NCBI GenBank assembly: GCA_964016885.1
Contig: OZ024741.1
Location: 93,310,001 to 93,374,000, forward strand
Reading direction: 5' to 3'
DNA length: 64,000 nt
Source: Eledone cirrhosa
Taxonomy: Eukaryota
The notes beneath the pieces are model-generated. The model had not been told where the DNA came from. It saw only the letters and a list, made by a program, of their open reading frames with translations, and searched no databases. The translations under genes and the position numbers were made by a program. Positions 55,343 to 64,000 of this stretch are shown in pieces (the first letter of the stretch is position 1; each line of letters begins with the position of its first letter).

Positions 55343-58300
55343 TCATCATCATTTTACGTCCGCTTTTCCCTGCTTGCAAGGGTGGGACGGGTCTTATTCA
55401 GCACAGCATCTCTCCACTCGTCACGGTCCTTCGTCATCTCCACCGTGAGATTCAATGATCTGAGGTCTGTTCTCACCACCTCCGCCCATGTTTTTCGTGG
55501 TCTACCTCTACCACGTCTTCCTTCAACTGGCATTTCCTGGCACTTCTTCACCCATCGGTCATCCTCCATGCGCATCACATGTCCATACCACCTCAGTCTC
55601 CTCTCCCGTACACTACATTCTATCCCTCTCAGACACAGTTTCTCTCTCAACACATTTATGCTGGGTCGTTCACGCACATTTACACTGCACATCCAACGGA
55701 TCATGCTTGCCTCATTTCTCTGCAGTTGCTACCCATGTCTCACTACCATGCAGCATCGCGCTCCTCACACAGGCATCATACAACCGGCCTTTCGTACGCA
55801 GGGAGAAACCCTTCGTCAATAGAGGAAGCAGCTCCCTAAACTTCTTCCAACGCGTCCTTATTCTAGATACTATGGCCTCGGAACACCCTCCTCCCATGCT
55901 AATCTGATCTCCTAGGTACCGGAAGCTATCCACCACTTCTATAGCGCCCTCCTGCATTTGAAAAATGTGTCTATCAATGCGACTTCTACTGTCTAATTTC
56001 CCTGTACATCTACTGCATACATATTTCTCCCTACCTGTTAGTTTGCCTGCTATCCCGCTACATCTCTTGTGTACCCAGGATCTGCATTGTGTGCATTTTA
56101 TAGAATTTATGCCAGTTCCTTTTCTGCATATCGAACATGGCCATTTCCCTGACGGAATCAGGGTTTTGTCCTCTTTTCTACTCATCAACACTTTTGTCTT
56201 AGCTAGATTCACACTCAGTCCTCTTGCTTCCAACTGCTGTTTCCATAGCCAGAATTTATTCTCTAGCTCCTCTACTGATTCTGCTATAAGAACCAGATTG
56301 TCAGCATAGAGAAGTTCCCATGGACAGCCAGTCTTAAACTCCTCTGTTATGGCTTGGAGGAAGGACTATAATGAACAAGAGCGGGCTGATGACCGAACCC
56401 TGATGTACTCCTACTTGTATCTGGAATTCCTCACTAAACTCCATTCCTACCCTGACTTTACTGAGACTACCTCTGTACAAAGTTTGCACTGTCCTCACAA
56501 GCTATTCCTCAACACCTAGCTTCCTTAGGGACCACCAGATGACAGATCGGGGTACCCTATCAAAGGCCTTCTCTAGGTCAACAAAGGCTAAGTATAGTGG
56601 CTTATTCTTCTCTAAGAACCTCTCTTGCAATTGTCTCACCAAGAAGAGGGCATCTGTTGTACTCTTCCCAGGCACAAAACCAAACTGCACCTCATCTAGT
56701 TTGACCCTTTCTCTAATTATTTGTGCTAAAATCATTTCTGCCACTTTCATAACCTTTTCTATCAGTTTTATACCCCTATAATTGCTCCTCTCCAGAGCAT
56801 CCCCTTTACCTTTGTAGCAATTTATGAGAATACTGCTGCACCAGTCTTTGGGTATGACACCACCATATATAGCCTGATTGATGATGCGTGCAACCAGTTT
56901 AGTGCCTACGTCCCCTGATGCCTTCAGCATCTCAGCAACTATTCCCGATGGTCTGGCAGCCTTACCATTTTTCATTTCCCTAATCGCCTCTTGGACCCTA
57001 TATTCGTCAATCTCAATAGCTGGTCCCTCTGTCGGATCTACCAAGGGTAATTTCTCTCTCTCCCATTTGTTCTCCACATTCATCGGTCTCTCATAATGAC
57101 ATTTCCAGGCCTCCTTTTTCTGATCATTCGTGACACTAAGTACACCGGCATCATCCCGGACACATTTATCTCCAACAACATCCTGATTTGTATTGACACA
57201 CTGCCTTGCAATGTGGAACACCGCACGCCTCTGATCTTCCCGTCGCAGAACATTGGCAAACCTCCTACTCTCTGCCTCCCTGCATGCTAAGTACACCTGA
57301 CGTCTAGCTTCTCTCTTAGTGGCTGTATATTCTTCCCTACTACCACCCTTTTTCCAAGCCTTCCATGCTAGTCTTTTGTCTCTAATAGCCTTATCTACTG
57401 TGCTGTTCCACCACCAGGTCACTCTCTGTCTGGTTGGAGCTCTGCTCCAGCTACAAGTTTCATCAGTAGCCTGCAGCAAGTTGTCACATAAGAAATTCCA
57501 GTTATCTATGTCATACGTCTCTAAATCGTCTTCTTTTTCGTCATACACATCTTGAAGGGCTTTCCTAAATTTGTATTTTAGTGAAAGGTCTTTTAGCTTC
57601 CAGACCTTTCTTCTCCACACCTTCCTATATGTCTCATTCCATCTCTTGCTTACTGAGATATCACTAACAACTAACCTATGCTGTGGGGTACATTCTTCCT
57701 CAGGGTATGCCTTGGTATTAGACACTATCTGCCTGTCCCGCTGCCTAACTAGTAAGAAGTCAATCTGGCTTATGTGCTCACTAGATTTGTAGGTTATTAG
57801 GTGATTGGCAGGTTTCTGGAAGTTTGTGTTGCAAATAATCAATGTACCTACATCACAAAATTCAAGAAGTCTCACTCCTTCTTCATTTCTTGAACCGTAA
57901 CCGTGCCCACCATGTACCCCAGTGTAACCATACTGGAGCTGTCCAACATGACCATTGAAGTCTCCTGCTAGCATAACGATGTCTCCGTCCTCTGTCATTG
58001 CGGTTGTTTGCAAAAGTTGCTCATAAAAGCAGTCTTTCTCATCTTTGCCTAGGCCTGCTTGGGGAGCATAGGCCGAGATGATTGTCAGTAGTCTCCTACC
58101 TACAACTAATCTAAGCTTAATTATTCAATTACTAACTCGAACTACCTCTATTGTCTTATTGATCCATTTCTCAGCCAGGAAAATGCCTACTCCCTCTAAC
58201 CCATCATCCTTACCTACCCAGAATAGCTTATAGCTAAGACGTTTGCCTACGACTAGTCTCGCAGAGGCACCTCTCCATCTCACCTCTTGCACGCACCACA

Positions 58301-58520
58301 CATCCACCTGCCTTCTCTCCAGCATCTCCGCTATTTCAGCAGATCTACTTCTGAGAGTGCCAACATTAAGTGTTGCGACGTCTTCATATTTTGTTGTTGT
58401 TCCTATTTGTTGCTGTGCTGATAAGCGTTTTGGCATTGATACACTGGTTGGATGCCCTTCCTAACACCAGCGCCACTTTACAGCATGGACTGGGTGCTTT
58501 TATTTGTGCCACCAACACTA
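55343..58520 (-). mobile_element. Near full-length RTE LINE (APE-RT with PHD-like insert), (ATG)n tail
   Basis: ATLNVGTL, VQEVRW, YAPQ, GDFNGHVG, NYRGIKL, FVDLEKAFDRV, LYADN, CSIC..CTQC..H..C..CSRC, RLRWYGHV; several stops and frameshifts. Confidence 0.95.
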
Positions 58521-59859
58521 GAGAGGATGTCTTACTAGACTCAAGGGCCCTCTCTACCCCTCCATTTTACAGCATGGTCATAAAAAAAAAATTAAAAAAA
58601 TTATTGACACGACGCACACACACACTAACACTCATGCATACAAACCACAACCACACGCACGCCACTCACATACCAACACTCATTCATGCATACAAACACA
58701 CACACCACTCACAAACACACATATATATATATATATATATATATTACCGGCAGTACTGATACAAATACAAAATCAAAATCAATATCATGTCAACTGTTGT
58801 CCTTTCCCAGTCCAGTTCAGCTTGTATATAATAATAATTGTTTGCTTTACGCTGGTAATGGCGGTGGTGGATGGTCAGTGATGGTGGTGGCAGTTGTTGG
58901 TGCTGTAGTTGTTATTGTAGTTGCTGCTGCTGCTGTTGTTGTTGTTGCTGTCGCTGTTCTTCTTCTTCTTCTTCATTTCACTGCTGCTGTAGACAATGGT
59001 GTTGATGCTATTGCAGTCGCATATATATAAATACATACATACACACACATTCAACACAGACAATGGTGTTGTTGCAGTTGTTTGTGCTGCTGTTGTTGTT
59101 GTGTTGAAATCTGGTCTCATCCACTGAGATATACATATACACACACATATATATATGTATATACACATACATACATCAAAAGAGTCAGCAGTATGTCAAC
59201 AAGGAACAGGTCAGCCACGTTAGATAGAGTAATGAGTACTGTGGTGATGGTGGGGAGCGAGTGTAGACGTTATTGTTATTGTGGTGGCGGGGCTCAGTGA
59301 GATGTACAAGTTCATAGATCACTTGTCTCTTTTCCTCTCTCTTCAAAATTTTGAATTTATGGCCTTTTGCAATGGCGGACAAGTATATATAATATATAAG
59401 AAGCAAAGAAAATTTCAATGATACGAAAGATTTCCTGGTGGAAGTTCAGGTGTACTCAGGGTTGGTATCCAGTTTCGGGGTGAAAATCCAACGAATTTTG
59501 AGAAGTCCACGTGAGTTCATCCATCTTAAGGTACAACGCTAGCAGGTCGCCCCCGAGATAGTGCGATGAGCCCCGCTACATCGTCTATCTTTAAAAGTAA
59601 TGACTTTATGGATAAACACAAAAATTAAAACTTTATCTGACTTACCTGCTAGATTTGTTACAAAGAATATCCAATAATGACCTAGATGTTGACTTCTAAC
59701 AATTTTAGCACATTTCCGAATAGGTGAATTAATTTAAAATGCAGGTGTAATCAGTACACGGTTTTAGTCTGTCTCTATATTTCATGCAAATATTTTCATT
59801 GAAAAAAATGTATAAAACTCTTTCACCAGTCAAAATAATATTGGCAATGTACTCTTACA

Positions 59860-62479
59860 CAATGTACTGAGTAGATTTATATAACAGAATGTGCCCAATA
59901 TATAAGTTCATTAACAGGTGTGACACAGGTGAATGCAGGTGTTTTTGTATTTAATGTGTTCCAATATATTTTTTTAATATTTTTTTCAATATTGTCAGAC
60001 AATATTTCTATCATGATATTGGCCAAAACAGCCTTACATAATGGCACTTTGCAAAAGGAACACATGAATGTGGTTTGAATTCCATAACCTTTAACAGTTT
60101 TTTCTCTTTTGCAAAGAGCACATTCGGCAAACCTTCTTCCTCCCATTAATTTTCTCCACTTTGTGAAAATCAATATTTTCTTTGTTCACCTCAGATAATT
60201 TCGACTTTCTCCAAGCTTTGTGTTTACGAGAAGTATATCCTCCACGTAGTTAGATCCGACGTCCACACGAAATTTCATGTGGCAGTAGTCCATTGGTGGT
60301 GGCGGATCCTTGTGGCTTTTAGTGAATGCTATAAAAGAATTCACAATGGTTAAATTCACTAAAAACCACAAGATATATCTCCACCATTTCTTTATGCACA
60401 ATATTGGTCTGATTTGTCAACCCTGCCCATATATTTATTATAGGAGAGGTTGACTAAAGGTTTACCTTCAGCCCCCAACTCCTGGTTCTTGGTTAGACGA
60501 TAGGAACAAAATTTGCCGCTTGTCTTTATACAATGTGGTTAACAAGTTCCATTTTTGCAATTGGACAATGTCCCCGCTCTTTTTACATTTTGTGATTTTC
60601 ATTTCTTGGGCTAGCCCTTTGCGATTTCCCATTATTGTACCGCAGGTGTACGTATTTACGAGGGCAAGATCCTCTGCTAGACGCACTGAAAAAAAAAATG
60701 ATCAAGGCGATATCCAATTTTATCGGCCTAAATGCCGCTTACTTCAATGTATGAGGCTATTCCAACAAATTTACATTCCCCTTTTTTTAGCCGTTAAAAG
60801 AAATATAGATTTATTTGTTTTTTTTTTGCGATTTATTTGCCACTGGGGCATAGATTTCTTTATTTGCCCCTTTTTTGTTTGTTTGTTTTTTGTTTTTGTT
60901 GCGATTTATTAGCCTTTTGGGGTCACACACACCCCCCGTAGAAAGTGTGCGACCTTTCTGCCAGGGAGCACAGAGAGAGGGGGTGCTCCCTTCTTCTCTT
61001 ACCTGTACAAGCCGATATAGAGAGATGGCCCACTTACACGGGCCATTATTGCTACTTTCACCCATCTTTCATGGAATTGGCTGGGACTGGGTGCCTTTTT
61101 CTCCACCTTGATCCTTCTTTCGAAGTGGTATCGGAAGAAGAGGACCATTTGTTGGCCGGCGACATATCCCCACAGGTAAGAGAAGGGAGCACCCCCCTCT
61201 CTCTGTGCTCCCTGGCAGAAAGGTCGCACACTTTTTAGCCAAAAGGCTAATAAATCGCAAAAAAAAAAAACAATAAATAAATCTATATTTCTTTTAACGG
61301 CTAAAAAAAGGGGGAATGTAAATTTGTTGGAATAGCCTCATACATTGAAGTAAGCAGCAACTACAGCAAGTAAGCGGCATTTAGGCCGCTAAAATTGGAT
61401 ATCGCCATGATCAAAATATATGTCTGTGTTGAGAGTGAAAGGGTTCAGTCAGAGACCACACAGCATCGTACCCCAAGCCATATTTTCTCTCTCCATCAAA
61501 GTTTATACAGTAGCCTGTGTCCGATTCACAGAGTTCCCACACTTTGATGCCCCATTAAGTGGGTTTAGCTGGCATGTATTGTCTAAAATGAATACTACTC
61601 TTATACCCAATCATAGCTTCATCAACACTAAGATTTTTCCCAGGTATATATACACTGTTTTAAATTTTTCCGAGAGCATTTTAATTACTGGTCGAACTTT
61701 ATACAGAGGGTCATAATTGAAATCATTTCTACCAGGTGCAAATATTGGTTTAATTTCAAATACCTTGTTTTTGGCATAAGACTTGATATATAAGGGTCGC
61801 TAAACCTTATATCAGTGCTCCAGTAATTCCACAGTCTTGGAAATTATTTAAAAAACGCTTGCATCTCCAGGTCGCCGTAACTGATCGGGTTTTCTTCGAT
61901 ATGAAATCTGCTGTTGGGCATATTGATTCTATTTTGCCACAACTTCGAAGAAAGTTTGTGGCAAAAACAAAAAGAAATAATCCAGTGCTTTAGCATCGGA
62001 AGGTAATATATGCTGTGGACCAGTATTTTCAACAAAATCGGGAACATGTATTGGTGTGGTATTTTTCGACCATGTTGCTGAAATATCTTCAATGGCGCCC
62101 TGGAGATCTGGTTCGCTTTCACTTTCAAAACAATCATCGTCGGACGAAATTTCAGAAATATAAACATCAGATTCATTTGATGATATATCACTAATATTAT
62201 CTTTTGTTTCTTGTTCATTCTGAATGTCGTCGTGTGTAAAACCTTCAAAGTCGGTATCGCTACTTTCAGAAGCCATGTTGATACAAAAAAAATTTGTTGC
62301 ACTTTCAAAGTTAAAAAAACATGTTGCTTTAACTTGTTTCACTATATTAAGTGTTAATTTTCGCGGTAAAGGCCTAATCTCGCAGTAGTCTCGAATTGAC
62401 GAGATTTTGATGATGGTTTGTTTATTTTTAGAACGATATTTTAGTGTAGGTGTTTTGGAGCGGTTTGAACACTAAAGGG
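59860..62479 (-). mobile_element. piggyBac (PGBD4-like) transposon, degraded
   Basis: TTAA|CCCTTTAG 5' end at 62479; acidic N-terminus, DPLYKVRP, SVDEAMI, KWGIKVW, YFD, CGTI, YNKYMGRVD, KKWWRYILWFL, C-terminal CALC..CSFCKVPLC. 3' TIR not found. Confidence 0.92.
60706..61406. mobile_element. Foldback MITE (Merlin-like), ~250-290-bp TIRs, 8-bp TSD
   Basis: GGCGATATCCAATTTTA...TAAAATTGGATATCGCC; TSD ATGATCAA at 60698-60705 and 61407-61414. Confidence 0.88.
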
Positions 62480-62499
62480 TTAAGAGAGAATTTCGGCGT

Positions 62500-62860
62500 C
62501 ATTGGTTTGTAAGGGTCAGTGTACTTCAATGTCTAAGCTAGTTATGATAGTCTTACCTAATCTATCTATGTGATTAAGTGTGTTAGTAGGTGTTTTTTTG
62601 TAATTTTTGCTTAATTCGTTGGAGATGAACTGCCTATATCTATTTGTCTATCTTGTATAGGTTTTTAGTTTTGTCAGAGACTACATACAAGTGTTTGTCA
62701 TTCCTTATTTCAGTTATGAGAGTATTCAAAGAGTTCAAGAATTTGTTGGTGCATTTGTATTTTTTTGTATTTTTTAAAATCTGTTTCTGATCATGTTTAG
62801 CAAATTGTTTTCGAAGGAGTCTAGTAGGGTGTTGTGTGGTGGGTTCTTATAAGTTTTAAA
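62500..62860 (-). pseudogene. Naiad-type 5' ORF fragment
   Basis: FKTYKNPPHNTLLDSFEN, VSDKTKNLYKI. Confidence 0.8.
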
Positions 62861-62864
62861 TGTT

Positions 62865-63940
62865 GTCTGTGCACTCTATGACAGCGTCTTAACCTGGAAA
62901 TTCAAGCTTGGGTGGCGTGCTTGGGTGGCGTTTTAAAGGATAACTAGTGGGATATCATTCCAAGCTCTTGCCAAGCACGTTTTCAAATCATCAATGACGT
63001 CTGTGTCACGTCGATATTTCTGAGTCTATGTTAATAACAAGCTCCAAACACAGTAATCCATGACATTTAAGTTTGGACTTTTTGAGGGCCAATCTTCAGG
63101 AGTCGATTACTGAAGAAATTGAATTGTAGCCCTTGCTGCCATGACACTTTTTATATCTCGGAACATCTGTGGACACATCTCATAATAAACTTGTTGGTTT
63201 ACTGTCTTTTTCTTCTTGCCTTGAGGATTATGGTAATATCCTTCAATAAATTGTAGCTCCGTTTTACCACACCATGAAACAGCAGCATTACAAAGGACAG
63301 ATGGCTGCAAATTCTCATATTTTACGGGCAGGTCTTCCTCAGGTATGTCAGTTTTCACATTCACTTCTCGGTAAATGCAATCATTTTGTCTATTCAAAGG
63401 AGGTCGCAATGAAAACTTTGCTTCGTCCGAAAACCATACTCTTCTCCAAGCATACTCTGGTTCAAAGCGATCAATCGCACATTTTCTGATGTCGATCAGT
63501 GAGGACGTTGTATTTTATTCGACGATAGCATTTCAGTTCACTTTCTTTGAGAATTTCAAACACAGATGTTTTTGAAATATTGAGATGTCTAGCGATTTCT
63601 CGTTGAATTAAATGACATCTCTCCGTTGAACTGCGTCGCACAGGTGAAACAGCTAAATCTTTTACTGTGTCACGTGTTTCGTCCGAAATTCGTTTCTTTG
63701 GACCCGTCCCTTGTCGGTGAGAACTAGCTGTTTCATGTCCCCGTTTCAAAAATTGCAACATTATCAAACTTATGCCTTGTGATCGTTGAAAAAAAATTCA
63801 GTAACATGGTTAAACATTTTGTCAGTCCCCAAGTTAGATTTTCAGTTTTGAACAGAACAATCACCTGCCTTTGAAAGTCTGAAAGCTGTTTCCTCCCGTT
63901 TACAGACTTACATGTATAAACCCCTGCCATCATGTTTTGT
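62865..63940 (-). mobile_element. Tc1/mariner (maT/DD37D-like) transposase, degraded
   Basis: HTH QREIARHLNISKTSVFEIL, FSDEAKF, LNRQND, WPSKSPNLNVMDYCVW. Confidence 0.85.
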
Positions 63941-64000
63941 AATGTCCCATTGTGTGCTCTTCTGGCAAATAAAGAAATCTATCTATCTATCAACATTGTG

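Noticed and set aside
52974-55458. ORFs rich in Y/I/C/V/H/T
   Set aside because: Translations of (TA)/(CA) microsatellites.

Overview
Eukaryotic (animal) DNA made almost entirely of nested, mostly decayed transposable elements. I found no host gene, rRNA, tRNA gene or CRISPR array. The tRNA-headed, RTE-tailed SINE and long (TA)/(CA) microsatellites suggest a cephalopod such as Octopus (inference only). About 37 orientable elements or fragments are present: RTE, Vingi-like and CRE-like LINEs, a LINE ORF1, Naiad-type and other Penelope-like elements (PLEs), a full-length CsRn1-type Gypsy plus a solo LTR, several hATs, MULE, Chapaev3, Academ-like, two Helitrons, piggyBac, Tc1/mariner and a Merlin-like MITE. 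Several nesting events can be rebuilt exactly from their target-site duplications (TSDs). Three things stand out. (1) About 31 of 37 elements lie on the minus strand, including 20 in a row, as expected for a flamenco-like uni-strand piRNA cluster. (2) The Vingi-like LINE begins with an HDV-type ribozyme whose core matches the mammalian CPEB3 ribozyme. (3) PLE terminal repeats carry minimal hammerhead ribozymes. Family names come from recognised motifs, not database searches, and fragment boundaries without TSDs are approximate.
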